From contig DATASL010000018.1 in assembly GCA_036269235.1 (NCBI GenBank), forward strand, positions 82,440 through 146,439: a stretch of DNA of 64,000 nt, read 5' to 3'. Shown here piece by piece: positions 1-9,437 of this stretch. Source of the stretch: Rhizomicrobium sp. (GTDB taxonomy: Bacteria; Pseudomonadota; Alphaproteobacteria; Micropepsales; Micropepsaceae). Each line of letters starts with the position of its first letter. Position 1 is the first letter of the stretch. Below the pieces are notes generated by a model. It was given only the letters and a program-made list of their open reading frames with translations, did no database searches and was not told the origin of the DNA. Both the position numbers and the translations under genes were made by a program.

Positions 1-1124
1 TTCAACCCGTCGCCGTCGAGCAGATACATATCCCCGTCTTTTCCCGCGGCGGCCGCGAGACTGGGATATTTTCGGCTATGCGACGGCAGCAGCATGATAC
101 CGCCCGACCCGAAGTCTATATCGCCCTGGTCGAGATCGCGGTGATCCGAAGGTGTGAAAAGACCCAGCCGCGTCGTCAGGTCTGGGCTCATCTCGGCGGC
201 GCTTTCCGCGATATTTGTCTTTTTGTTAAATGTCGTGCCGCTATAGTCGGAATTGCCGGTCACGAAATACACCGATCCCGCACTGTTTGCGGCGAGCCCA
301 TAGCCGGACATCCACACCGACGTAAGAAAGAAGTCATTGGGCGATTTTGCCCGCGTATTGTCGAGTTTGTTGCTGGCAAGCGGGCCGAGCGTGCTCTCGT
401 TCCAGCCCAGCACCCAGCCACGCGACTGTTCCGGTACAAAATCGCAGAAGCTCGCAAATCCGGCGTAAAGCGTGCCGTTCGAAAGAAGAAGTCCTGCGCG
501 CTGACGACTTGCACCTGCATTGAAATTATACGTCGATCCTTTGCCGAGGGCGCCTGAGGCTGAAATTGAAACGGGTGTGATCGTATCAGCCAGCGTCGTC
601 AGCGATAAAGCATGCAGAACATATGTCGGCGTGCCGTTCTGAAACTCATAAGCTATCGCATAGAGAGTGCCCGTAGTTGTATCGATTACCGGGGTAGAAC
701 CGATGCCCACTTCCGGCCCGTTATTGTTGCAGCGGCCCGGGAGATCGTCGACTGGCACCGGTGCGCCGAGATTGGTCTGCAGAATTATCTGCCCGCTCTG
801 TGCGTCGATGGCGTAGACGGAATTGTTCTCGGTCGCCACGTATACTACGTTATGGGTGCTTCCGTTGATCGTCTCATTGTTGACGATCAGCGGTTGCGCA
901 TCGACCTGATCGTCGAGCAAAACCGTGTGCAGCAAACCGAATGTTGAACTGGAAACATTGCTTTGCGTGAGTATTGTTTCGCTCGAATTCCAACCGGAAC
1001 GATTATTGTCGTAGTGGTACGTGGTGATGTTCATCTGTGCTTGCGCCGCACCTCCTGCAAGGAAGCAGGTCAATGCCACAAAACTGCCAGCGGCGGTCGC
1101 TGTACGAAGCCATGATCCGGTCAT
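1..1124 (-). CDS. Secreted PQQ-like beta-propeller protein (partial, runs off left edge)
   Basis: Not in ORF track (no stop in window). Translated by hand from ATG 1124 (SD GAAGGGG): signal peptide MTGSWLRTATAAGSFVALTCFLAGGAAQA, then ITTYHYDNNRSGWN, VYVATENNSVYAIDA, GIGSTPVID, DIDFGSGGIMLLP, AAGKDGDMYLLD. Confidence 0.75.
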   Translation of the reverse strand, partial: MTGSWLRTATAAGSFVALTCFLAGGAAQAQMNITTYHYDNNRSGWNSSETILTQSNVSSSTFGLLHTVLLDDQVDAQPLIVNNETINGSTHNVVYVATENNSVYAIDAQSGQIILQTNLGAPVPVDDLPGRCNNNGPEVGIGSTPVIDTTTGTLYAIAYEFQNGTPTYVLHALSLTTLADTITPVSISASGALGKGSTYNFNAGASRQRAGLLLSNGTLYAGFASFCDFVPEQSRGWVLGWNESTLGPLASNKLDNTRAKSPNDFFLTSVWMSGYGLAANSAGSVYFVTGNSDYSGTTFNKKTNIAESAAEMSPDLTTRLGLFTPSDHRDLDQGDIDFGSGGIMLLPSHSRKYPSLAAAAGKDGDMYLLDGDGL

Positions 1125-1291
1125 GATTTGCCCCTTCGATCAAACCTTGTGGACGCGAACTGCCCGGACCCCAGTGCCCGGACCGGTCTGTCCCGCCGTT
1201 GCGGCGGAGCATCCCTTAGGAAAGATTAAGCGGTGAGATGATTTCATGCAATCTGCGGCCGGCGAGTCCGCTCCCGGGAAGAGGAAAACCC

Positions 1292-2221
1292 ATGCATCCT
1301 GCTTTGCGTTCGGTCTTTCTGGCGCTCGTCGGCGCAGTGCTTTTGCTCGGCACATCGGCCCCTGCTGCAGAGCCCGCTCCGCCGCCTCCGGTCGTGGCCC
1401 GGATCATGGCGCGCCCTGCGCTATGGGTCGTACATTCGCATGCGGGAAGTGCTTATTTGTTCGGCTCGGTTCATCTGCTGCCGCCGAATATCGACTGGCG
1501 GTCCCGGGAGGTCGAGAAGGCACTGGCTGCCTCCGATGTCTTCGTATTCGAAGCGCCGCTCGGCGACTCTGGAAAAGAGAAGACCACCGCATTTGTGCGC
1601 GCGAACGGTATGCTCCCGCCGGAGGTGACCCTGCCGTCACTGTTCGACGACAAGACACGTCGCGATTATCAGGCGGCGCTGCAATTGACGCATGTCTCTC
1701 CCGATCTGATCGTTCATCTGAGACCCTGGCTCGCTGCACTTGTTCTGGAAACCCATGTGGCCACAGCCATGCATTATTCGCCGGATAGTGGGGTCGACAG
1801 GCAGGTCTGGGCCTATGCAACCCAACAGAAAAAACCGACGGAGGCGCTAGAGACCGTTGACGAGCAGCTGTCGCTGTTCATGCCCAAGGACCGAAAGCTT
1901 GAAGTCGAGGAATTTGACGCTTCGCTTAAGGAACTCGGGGCGGACACGAACCAGGTTGGCGCGCTGGTGGATGCCTGGACGGACGGCCGGGTGAACGAAG
2001 TCGGACGATTGATGAATGCCGGCCTCAAAAGCACGCCCGGCGCAATGAAACTCCTGATCGACGACCGGAATGCACGCTGGGTGACGCGGATTTCGACCAT
2101 GCTTTCGCAGCACCGGACATATTTCATAACCGTCGGCGCCGCTCATCTCGCGGGTCCACACGGGTTACCGACACTTCTTGCCGCCCGCGGTTACCGCGTT
2201 ACGCAGATCGCACCGCGCTGA
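1292..2221 (+). CDS. TraB/GumN family protein
   Basis: Signal peptide; PALWVV..YLFGSVHLLP, GVD, LETVDEQ, RNARW, FITVGAAHLAG motifs; SD GAGGA before ATG 1292. Confidence 0.9.
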   Translation: MHPALRSVFLALVGAVLLLGTSAPAAEPAPPPPVVARIMARPALWVVHSHAGSAYLFGSVHLLPPNIDWRSREVEKALAASDVFVFEAPLGDSGKEKTTAFVRANGMLPPEVTLPSLFDDKTRRDYQAALQLTHVSPDLIVHLRPWLAALVLETHVATAMHYSPDSGVDRQVWAYATQQKKPTEALETVDEQLSLFMPKDRKLEVEEFDASLKELGADTNQVGALVDAWTDGRVNEVGRLMNAGLKSTPGAMKLLIDDRNARWVTRISTMLSQHRTYFITVGAAHLAGPHGLPTLLAARGYRVTQIAPR

Positions 2222-2239
2222 ATTGCGCTTTTCGCTACC

Positions 2240-2265
2240 GGAACACAGAGTTCCCGCAACGCGTT
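2240..2265 (+). promoter_or_regulatory. Putative EcfG/sigmaT general-stress promoter (GGAAC-N17-CGTT)
   Basis: GGAAC 2240-2244, CGTT 2262-2265; intergenic, 30 nt upstream of the hydrolase ATG. Confidence 0.6.
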
Positions 2266-2295
2266 TAACATCCGTAGCGGTTATGTCCCTCGGTC

Positions 2296-3324
2296 ATGCT
2301 TCGCGTTGCCCTTCAGCGATATTTTGGATTCGAACCGGCCCGGGCTGCTTACCGGCTTGGCTTTTGCCTTGGCCTCCCGGCAGCGGAAGAGCGCCGGGAC
2401 CCGCGTCTCTGGTCCAATATCGGAGCTGATCCGAGAGCGCGCATGCGGAGCGGATGCTTCAAGGCTTCGGACGCTGTGGAAGTTCCGTACCGCCTCTGGC
2501 AGGCCCGAGAACCGCGCGCAGCCTTGCTGCTGCTGCATGGCGCTTTCGATTATTCGGCCGCGTTCGATGAGATCGGGCCAAAACTTGCGCGCCGCGGATT
2601 GACCGCGCTCGCGATCGATCAGCGCGGTTTTGGAGTAACAGCTTCGCGCGGTCAGTGGGCCGGGGCGGAACGAATGGCCGCTGATGCGAACGAAGCGGTG
2701 GCTTTTCTGGCCGGCCGGCTGCCGGCGCACATGCCCGTCTTCATTGTTGGCGAAAGCATGGGCGGAGCTATCGCCGTTCATGCGGCCGCCCGCGATGCGA
2801 TACCCCAATTGCAGGGCCTCGTGCTCGTCGCACCGGGTGCACTCGCCTCGGCGTTCCGGCAGCGGCTGCTGGGCTGGATTGCGTCGGCTGCGCGCGCACT
2901 GGCCGGCGACGCAGAACTGGTGTTCGAACGTCTCAGCGGCTGGGATCTCACGCCGGCAGCAGCCATCCGGCTCATCGGCGATCCCCTTGTCATGCGGCGC
3001 GTGCGCCCGGAAATGCTTTCCGGAATGGCCGATATCGCTTTCGGTTCGCTCGGACAGGCGAAGAAAGTCGAGCTTCCCGTGCTCGTCATGGTTGGAGATC
3101 GCGACGAAATCATCCGGCGGAGTTGCATCCGTCGTCTCTTCGACAATCTCGGGGGCGAAAAAACCTGGCGCGTTGTGGCGGACGCACCCCACCTCCTGCT
3201 GCATTGGCGGCGCAGCTCCGAAGTTCTGCGCGAAGCAACGCGCTGGATTTCGGACAGACTACCTGCGGAGCCGACCGTGCAGGCCGACTGCAAAGACACG
3301 GTCGGTGCGCTCGCGGCGGTTTAG
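2296..3324 (+). CDS. Alpha/beta hydrolase (lysophospholipase/Hydrolase_4 type)
   Basis: LLLHGAFDY, IDQRGFG, nucleophile elbow GESMGG, GDRDEII, APHLLL; start could be later (2443). Confidence 0.85.
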   Translation: MLRVALQRYFGFEPARAAYRLGFCLGLPAAEERRDPRLWSNIGADPRARMRSGCFKASDAVEVPYRLWQAREPRAALLLLHGAFDYSAAFDEIGPKLARRGLTALAIDQRGFGVTASRGQWAGAERMAADANEAVAFLAGRLPAHMPVFIVGESMGGAIAVHAAARDAIPQLQGLVLVAPGALASAFRQRLLGWIASAARALAGDAELVFERLSGWDLTPAAAIRLIGDPLVMRRVRPEMLSGMADIAFGSLGQAKKVELPVLVMVGDRDEIIRRSCIRRLFDNLGGEKTWRVVADAPHLLLHWRRSSEVLREATRWISDRLPAEPTVQADCKDTVGALAAV

Positions 3325-3365
3325 CACGCCTCAAAAAGCCGCCGGGTGTTTTACAATCTCGTCCC

Positions 3366-4505
3366 ATGAGCCAGAAAACTTACTTCCAGCATCCCGAAAC
3401 CGCTGCTGCACAGGCACTGGGATGGGTGGACGAAACAACCTGCGCCATCGTGACGCCGGTCCACGTCGCCACAACTTTCGAGCGCGAAGCCGACAACAGT
3501 TTCCGCAGCGGACGAAGCTACATCCGGGCGGACAATCCCGCGTACGACCAGCCGCAGCGTGTACTGGCCGAACTCGAGCGGGGCACGGACTGCATGCTGT
3601 TTGCTTCAGGCATGGCGGCTGCCACCTGTGTCTTCCAGGGCCTCGCACCAGGCGATCATGTGGTCGCGCCGCGCGTGATGTACTGGGGCCTGCGCGGTTG
3701 GCTTGCGCGCGACTCCCATCTTGACGTCGATTTCGTCGACATGACGAACAATGACGCAATCGCGGCCGCCATGCGGCCGGGGAAAACAAAGATCGTCTGG
3801 ATCGAAACGCCGGGCAATCCGCTCTGGGATGTAACAGACATTGCAGCTGCAGCTGCGATTGCCCATCGCGCAGGGGCACGTCTGGGAGTGGATTCCACCG
3901 TTGCAACGCCGGTCTTCTGCCGGCCGCTTTCCCTCGGCGCCGATATTGTCATGCATTCGGCGACCAAATATTTGAACGGCCATTCCGACGCGATCGCCGG
4001 TGCGCTGGTGACCGGCGAAGACGATGCATATTGGCAAAAGCTCAGGACGCTTCGCGCGGAGCTGGGCGGAATTCTGGGATCGTTCGAAGCCTTCCTGCTT
4101 CTGCGCGGCATGCGGACCCTGTATCCGCGCGTACGACTCGCCGCAGGCAATGCCCTCGAACTCGCGCGCCGCTTTGCGCGCCATCGCGCGATCGAGCGGG
4201 CGCTTTACCCCGGCCTGCCCGATTTTCCCGGTCACGATATTGCAGCACGACAGATGCAGGGCGGTTTCGGCGGAATGCTTTCGATCCGCATCAAGGGTGG
4301 CGAAGCTGCTGCAATCGCCGCAGCGGGAAAATTGCGCGTCTGGAAGCGCGCTACGTCGCTGGGCGGCGTGGAAAGCCTCGTGGAACACCGCGCGTCGGTC
4401 GAAGGGCCGGATACGCCCTGTCCGCGCGATCTTCTGCGCCTTTCGGTGGGCATCGAGAATGTCGAAGATCTCTGGAACGATTTCGATCAGGCACTGGGGA
4501 AGTAG
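3366..4505 (+). CDS. PLP-dependent trans-sulfuration enzyme (cystathionine gamma-synthase/lyase family)
   Basis: FASGMAA, WIETPGNP, HSATKYLNGHSD (PLP Lys), SLGGVESL, LLRLSVGIE. Confidence 0.9.
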   Translation: MSQKTYFQHPETAAAQALGWVDETTCAIVTPVHVATTFEREADNSFRSGRSYIRADNPAYDQPQRVLAELERGTDCMLFASGMAAATCVFQGLAPGDHVVAPRVMYWGLRGWLARDSHLDVDFVDMTNNDAIAAAMRPGKTKIVWIETPGNPLWDVTDIAAAAAIAHRAGARLGVDSTVATPVFCRPLSLGADIVMHSATKYLNGHSDAIAGALVTGEDDAYWQKLRTLRAELGGILGSFEAFLLLRGMRTLYPRVRLAAGNALELARRFARHRAIERALYPGLPDFPGHDIAARQMQGGFGGMLSIRIKGGEAAAIAAAGKLRVWKRATSLGGVESLVEHRASVEGPDTPCPRDLLRLSVGIENVEDLWNDFDQALGK

Positions 4506-4506
4506 T

Positions 4507-4618
4507 TCCTCCCCCCGCAGAGCGGCGCGAGCGCAGCGATGCGCCGGAGGGGGCAAGTCACGCCACACTGCCCCCCTCCGCCCCTATCGGGGCACCTCAC
4601 CGGCTTCGCGGGGGAGGA
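4507..4618. repeat. ~112-bp palindromic intergenic repeat (CIR/RIME-like)
   Basis: Outer IR TCCTCCCCCCGC / GCGGGGGAGGA and inner IR CGGAGGGGGCA / TGCCCCCCTCCG, between convergent genes. Confidence 0.7.
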
Positions 4619-5356
4619 TCACGCGCCGGCAATCTTATGTCGAGCCAGATGCTCGTAATGCGGTCGCACGGAATCGGCGACCCTCATGAGGTCATCCCCC
4701 AATGGCGGATAGCTGCGAGGATTGGCGAAACTCGTCGACCGCTCGACGGAATCATACCAGGCAGGCGCCCAGGCACCGTCGGTGGCACGCGGCCCCGGTG
4801 GCCAATGCAGCATGCGATCCGAAAACGGGATGTTCAATGCCGCACACAGCGCTTCCAGTGCAGATCCCGGATCGTGCAGCACATCGTCCGAATCGATCAC
4901 CGGCGGTGCCGTGCCGAGCCTGTCGGACTCGCGGTCAAAGATTTCACGCTGCGTCTCGTAACCGATGTCGGCCGAAAGAAATTCCGGCCGTTTTGCGCTG
5001 TAGGATGCCAGTACTGCTTCCGGTGCGCGGATAAGAAACGCGTTGGTGCAAAATCCCATCCAGTCGCGACCGATTTCCGGCAGCATGTGATGCGTCATGT
5101 GCTTCTGGTAGAAGACCGCGCGGCCCTGCGGCACCGGCCCTATGAGCAACTCGACGATCTTTCTCCAGTCGCTTTCATGTGTGGCGAGCGTGGCGTCGCG
5201 GAGAGGATGATCAATGCCCGAAATTCTCAGATAGGCGGCATAGAAGGGCTCATCGATCACTGCCGTGTCCGGGCGGTTCCCGAAGGAACGCATCATCGCC
5301 GTCGAGATGTTTCGCGGTCCCGACCACATCGCTATCCGGACGGGAGCGTCGGTCAC
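4619..5356 (-). CDS. Sulfotransferase-like P-loop protein (BCAT-associated, Sulfotransfer_5 type)
   Basis: RIAMWSGPRNISTAMMRSF, DEPFYAAYL, YQKHMTHH, WAPAWY; GTG start overlaps the stop of the upstream aminotransferase (GTGA). Confidence 0.8.
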   Translation of the reverse strand: MTDAPVRIAMWSGPRNISTAMMRSFGNRPDTAVIDEPFYAAYLRISGIDHPLRDATLATHESDWRKIVELLIGPVPQGRAVFYQKHMTHHMLPEIGRDWMGFCTNAFLIRAPEAVLASYSAKRPEFLSADIGYETQREIFDRESDRLGTAPPVIDSDDVLHDPGSALEALCAALNIPFSDRMLHWPPGPRATDGAWAPAWYDSVERSTSFANPRSYPPLGDDLMRVADSVRPHYEHLARHKIAGA

Positions 5357-6288
5357 CGCGTACCCACGCGGGCGACATCTGCTGCGGCGTCCTCGTCTTT
5401 CAGTTGCGCATAAAGCGCATCGAGCTTTCGCGTAAGTCCACCCTCCGGTGCTACGGGAAGGGCGCGCCCGTCCACTGCGCGCACCGGCACGACACCACCG
5501 AAAGTGCCGGTGACGAAGGCCTCCTGCGCGCCATAGACTTCGTGCAGTGTGAAATTCCCGAGCCGCACCGGTATCCCGTGGCGTCGGCAGAGCGCGATGA
5601 TGTTGCCGCGCGTTATTCCGTTGAAACAATAGGCGCCGGCTGAGGTGCAAATCTCATTATTTGCAGCGAAGAAGAAGTTCGTCGCGTTGCAGCTGGATAC
5701 GAAGCCGTTCGGGTCGAGCATCAGCGCCTCGTCGGCACCGGCTGAAATGGCCTGGGTGAGCGCAATGACGAGATTGAGCCGGCTATGCGAATTGAGCCGC
5801 ATGTCGAACATGTCCGCCGGTGTGCAGCGTATCGTCGAGGTAAACAGGTTCAGCCCCTGTGCCTTTATGGCGGCACTGGGCTCCTTGTATTCGGCAACGA
5901 TGGCGATTGTCGGCCGCCCGAGCGCATTGCGCGGATCCTGATTGGGAGTCCGCTTCTCGCCGCGGGTCACCATCAGGCGGACATGCACGCCATCCTGCAT
6001 ATTGTTGGCGGCCATGAGATCGCGCAGCACCTGCGCCATCTCATCACGGCAAAGGCCGATATCGAGTGAGATCGCGCGTGCGCCGGCGTGAAGCCGGTCA
6101 AGGTGGGCGTCGAGAAACAGCAAGCCGCCCTTGTGCAGGCGCACGCCTTCCCAGACGCCATCACCCAGCACGAATCCGGCATCGAAAATGGATACCCGCG
6201 CTTCGCCGCGTGGAACAAGCGCGCCGTTGAGCCAGACGCGAACCTCCTGATTGCGGGGATCCTGCGCGTAATCCTGGCTACCGGGCAC
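5353..6288 (-). CDS. Aminotransferase class IV (branched-chain/D-amino-acid aminotransferase-like)
   Basis: VSIFDAGFVLGDGVWEG, VRLMVTRG, DEALMLD, GITRG, EAFVTGT; SD AGGAGG. Confidence 0.9.
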   Translation of the reverse strand: MPGSQDYAQDPRNQEVRVWLNGALVPRGEARVSIFDAGFVLGDGVWEGVRLHKGGLLFLDAHLDRLHAGARAISLDIGLCRDEMAQVLRDLMAANNMQDGVHVRLMVTRGEKRTPNQDPRNALGRPTIAIVAEYKEPSAAIKAQGLNLFTSTIRCTPADMFDMRLNSHSRLNLVIALTQAISAGADEALMLDPNGFVSSCNATNFFFAANNEICTSAGAYCFNGITRGNIIALCRRHGIPVRLGNFTLHEVYGAQEAFVTGTFGGVVPVRAVDGRALPVAPEGGLTRKLDALYAQLKDEDAAADVARVGTR

Positions 6289-6510
6289 CGCGGCCTCCTG
6301 CCGTTATGGATCGCGATGAAGCCGAAAGTGCGAATACGACGGAAGCCCGCACCGGTGTTGCCGTTGCGGGCTTCCGCCTGTTCGCGATCCGGTTCGCAGG
6401 GAGGGGCTTGCAGCAAACCGGATCAGAGACCCGAGGATGCGCGGCCCGGTGTGAACGAGTCATGGCGGGGCCGTTCATCTGCCGTTCATCGGTGCCCGCT
6501 CCGCCAAGAC

Positions 6511-8112
6511 CTATTTCTGCACATTGTCCGTCCGGCGGATGAAGTCGGCACAATTGTCGTGCAACTGCTTCAGCGCGGGCGTATGCGCATACACCATGTG
6601 ACCGGACTCATAGTAGCGGTAGGATATATTTGCCTGCAGCTTCTGCGGAATCTGCAGATGATGCATCTCGTACCAGCCTTCGAAATACGGCGTGGCGAGA
6701 TCGAAATAGCCGCCATTCAACAGGATCTTGAGATTGGGGTTATACTTCATCGCCGTCGCCAGATCCGGCATGACATTGGCGTCGCCGCGGATTGTGCGGT
6801 TCGCGCCCGGCGGCTCATGCGAAAAATCCCACGACCTGAATAGTTGTATCTCCGGATTGTAGTGCATGTTCTGTCCGAAATTCAGAGTCTTGCGGACATA
6901 ATCGTTGAACGCCGAAACATAGGCCGAACTGATCGCGGCCGATTGCGGGTCGTATTGGGCCTGCTGGCTCAGCGGATCCATGGCTGGTCCGGAGAATCGC
7001 GTGTCGAGGCGGCCTACCGTTATATCATTGGCGCTCTCGAGGCTTTGTTCGAACTCGCCGCCGTCGATGCGCAGATTGGCCTTGTCGATGTATTCGGGTG
7101 AAAGTCCCGTGAACATGTGCAGCTTGGCGATGATCTCCTTCCGCCAGTTGGGCCCGATCGTCGCGCCGCGCTGCAGCGCCAGCGCATATTCGCCCATGGT
7201 GAAGGACTCGACCTGATGAATCAGCGTGTGCAGATCCTTGGGTGCGTTGGGCGGCAGCTTGTGATGATACCAGGCCGTCGCTGCATAGGTGGGCAGCGCC
7301 AATTGATAGGCCTGGTCGAGGCCCGGCTCATATTCCGGCCGGTCGGGGCTCAGCGAGAAATTCAGTATCTGCGAGAGCAGCATGACGCCGTTGAAATCGA
7401 TGTTGCGCTGCGTCTCGAGCTGCTGGACGAGAACGGCAGAACGCGGCGTGCCGTAGCTTTCGCCGAAGAGATATTTCGGCGAATTCCAGCGGCCGTATTT
7501 CGCCAGGAACTGGCTGATGAAATCGCCGAACGCGTAGGCGTCGGGATCGATACCGTAGAACGCCTTTTCCTTGTCCTTGCCGGCGATGCGGCTGAAGCCG
7601 GTGCCGGGCGCGTCGATGAATACGAGGTCGCTCACATCGAGCAGGCTCTCGTCATTGTCGATCAGCTGATAAGGCGCGGCCGGCGAATGCGCGTCGTCGG
7701 CGGTGACCACGCGTTTGGGCCCGAACGCGCCCATATGCAGCCACACCGTCGAGGAACCAGGACCGCCATTGTAGAGAAACGTGACGGGGCGCTGTTCCGG
7801 ATTCGCGTCTTTCTTGAAATAGGCGACGTAGAACATCGAGGCCTGTGCCTGATTGTCCTTGTCCTTGCCCTGCGGCTCGGTCGCATCGTCCCATCCTTTG
7901 GGATGCACGATGATGGTGCCGGCGTGAGCCGAATAGTCGACGCGGTTGCCGTCGACGCTGACCCCGCCCTGGGTCACACTTTCCTGGGCTTTGAAGAAAA
8001 CCGGATTCGGCGCAGGCGTCGCAGCCTTGTCGCCGTCCTTTTCATCCTGCGCCAGAGCGGCGGAGCAAATGCCGAACGACACCGCCAGCGCAGCGAAAAT
8101 GGCAAATCTCAT
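6511..8112 (-). CDS. Peptidase S10 (serine carboxypeptidase), secreted
   Basis: Signal peptide; YNGGPGSS, FIDAPGTGFS, GESYG, GYFDLATP, YESGHMVY. Confidence 0.92.
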   Translation of the reverse strand: MRFAIFAALAVSFGICSAALAQDEKDGDKAATPAPNPVFFKAQESVTQGGVSVDGNRVDYSAHAGTIIVHPKGWDDATEPQGKDKDNQAQASMFYVAYFKKDANPEQRPVTFLYNGGPGSSTVWLHMGAFGPKRVVTADDAHSPAAPYQLIDNDESLLDVSDLVFIDAPGTGFSRIAGKDKEKAFYGIDPDAYAFGDFISQFLAKYGRWNSPKYLFGESYGTPRSAVLVQQLETQRNIDFNGVMLLSQILNFSLSPDRPEYEPGLDQAYQLALPTYAATAWYHHKLPPNAPKDLHTLIHQVESFTMGEYALALQRGATIGPNWRKEIIAKLHMFTGLSPEYIDKANLRIDGGEFEQSLESANDITVGRLDTRFSGPAMDPLSQQAQYDPQSAAISSAYVSAFNDYVRKTLNFGQNMHYNPEIQLFRSWDFSHEPPGANRTIRGDANVMPDLATAMKYNPNLKILLNGGYFDLATPYFEGWYEMHHLQIPQKLQANISYRYYESGHMVYAHTPALKQLHDNCADFIRRTDNVQK

Positions 8113-8225
8113 GAGCGTCCCTTCCCGGATAGAAAGTTTTTATTGTGCGCTCCGCGGGAAAGACTAGGCGACCGTGGCCGTCATTGTCATTCCAAATTCC
8201 GGGTGTGCGTCGCTTCGCGCCGGCA

Positions 8226-8717
8226 TCATGCTTTGCGCCGCCGGGGCGCCGGTTTGACCGGCGTTTCCTCGCGCAGCTTTGACCGCGCGGACAACGGAAC
8301 GAGATGCCCGAAACCCGGCAAGGCCGACATCGAAAGCGCCGTGGTCAGGACATAACCAAAAAAACTGGACCGACTCATGCCGAGTTCGCTCGCACGACGA
8401 TCGGCGCGGGCCAGCAAGCTGCGTGAGAGATAGATATTCACCCGTTCGGAAGGATCGGGTGGCTCAACGGCCACCGCGAAGAAGGCGACGAACTCACAAT
8501 CCTCCGGAATTGCGATCCGTTCGAACGGGGTGGGTTCGGGAAGCGGCTTGTCCTGCTCCGCCAGCGATTCGACCGCGCGCGCCAAAGCTTCCTGCGCCCT
8601 TGCCATCGCCTGCTCCTGCGAGGCACCGCCGGCGACCGAGCCCATGAAATCGGGAAACCACACGCCGAACGACTGCTTGGGCCCTCGCTCCAGCACGGCC
8701 GGATAAAATCTCTGCAT
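8226..8717 (-). CDS. hicB: HicB-family antitoxin with C-terminal ribbon-helix-helix
   Basis: YPAVLE..FGVWFPDF.G..AG..A..AL..PLPEP; C-terminal RVNIYLSRSLLARAD..GMSRSSF. Confidence 0.8.
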   Translation of the reverse strand: MQRFYPAVLERGPKQSFGVWFPDFMGSVAGGASQEQAMARAQEALARAVESLAEQDKPLPEPTPFERIAIPEDCEFVAFFAVAVEPPDPSERVNIYLSRSLLARADRRASELGMSRSSFFGYVLTTALSMSALPGFGHLVPLSARSKLREETPVKPAPRRRKA

Positions 8718-8795
8718 TGCCATCATCCCGTCACTCCCCGGGAATAGTGTGTTATTCGACACAACCTCGCAAGCAGAAATGCGCAAAAGGGCGGC

Positions 8796-8824
8796 TTGCC
8801 CCGGCCGGGAAATTTAAGTATCCC
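8796..8824 (+). promoter_or_regulatory. Putative sigma70 promoter of tRNA-Ser
   Basis: TTGCCC-N17-TATCCC ending 13 nt upstream of the tRNA 5' end. Confidence 0.45.
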
Positions 8825-8837
8825 CTCCCCCCTCTGC

Positions 8838-8927
8838 GGACAGGTGGCTGAGCGGTTGAAAGCACCGCACTCGAAATGCGGCATACGGGCAACTGTATCG
8901 GGGGTTCGAATCCCTCCCTGTCCGCCA
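8838..8927 (+). tRNA. tRNA-Ser (anticodon CGA)
   Basis: Acceptor stem GGACAGG/CCTGTCC, discriminator G plus CCA, anticodon arm CCGCA-CTCGAAA-TGCGG, long variable arm, T loop GTTCGAATC; 90 nt. Confidence 0.97.
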
Positions 8928-9340
8928 GTTCAGAACAGAACTGCGAACGCCGGACCTAGCCGGCTTTGTGTACCGCGCAAACAAAGGCGTTGTGATGAGC
9001 AACGGCCGGGAACACGCGGGAAGTGGCAGGAAATAAAGGGAAATCGGCGCGAAGAAGCGGGATAAAGAAACTTTTGGCGCGCAATGGAGGGTGATCTGCG
9101 CGCAAGAAAACCAGCAACGCGCGAAATGATGAAACCGCGGAAATCCGGGACCGGCGGCTTCGGCTACAACGGCGGCAAGGCATTCCTCGCCGCGCTGAGT
9201 GGCGGCAGCGGCCGGTCGTTCGTGGCGGAAGCGCCGGCTCAACGAACGTCTCGACAAGCTGGTAGCCACGTGCGGCACAGTACGCTTCGCCCTGCCGCTT
9301 CTGATCGGGAATCGAGACATCGTGCTCGGCCTGCCGCGCG
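8928..9340 (-). pseudogene. Relic of a large serine recombinase (tRNA-associated integrase)
   Basis: N-terminal fragment ARQAEHDVSIPDQKRQGEAYCAARGYQLVETFVEP, then -1 frameshift into (G)ASATNDRP; C-terminal tail GVRSSVLNWR reads into the tRNA; middle of the gene absent. Confidence 0.7.
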
Positions 9341-9437
9341 CCTGGTTTGCTGCAAATCGCTCCGGGCAACAATCCGTCCCCGGCCATTGCTTCGTCAGCT
9401 CATCAACAAGTCGCAACTTCATGATGCAGAACGTCTG

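Noticed and set aside
3123-3365. N-terminal extensions in the ORF track (also for rlmJ, paaC, paaD, ACP, CPBP, alkA, lysR)
   Set aside because: They overlap neighbouring genes or lack homology signal; downstream starts have SD sequences or stop-start coupling
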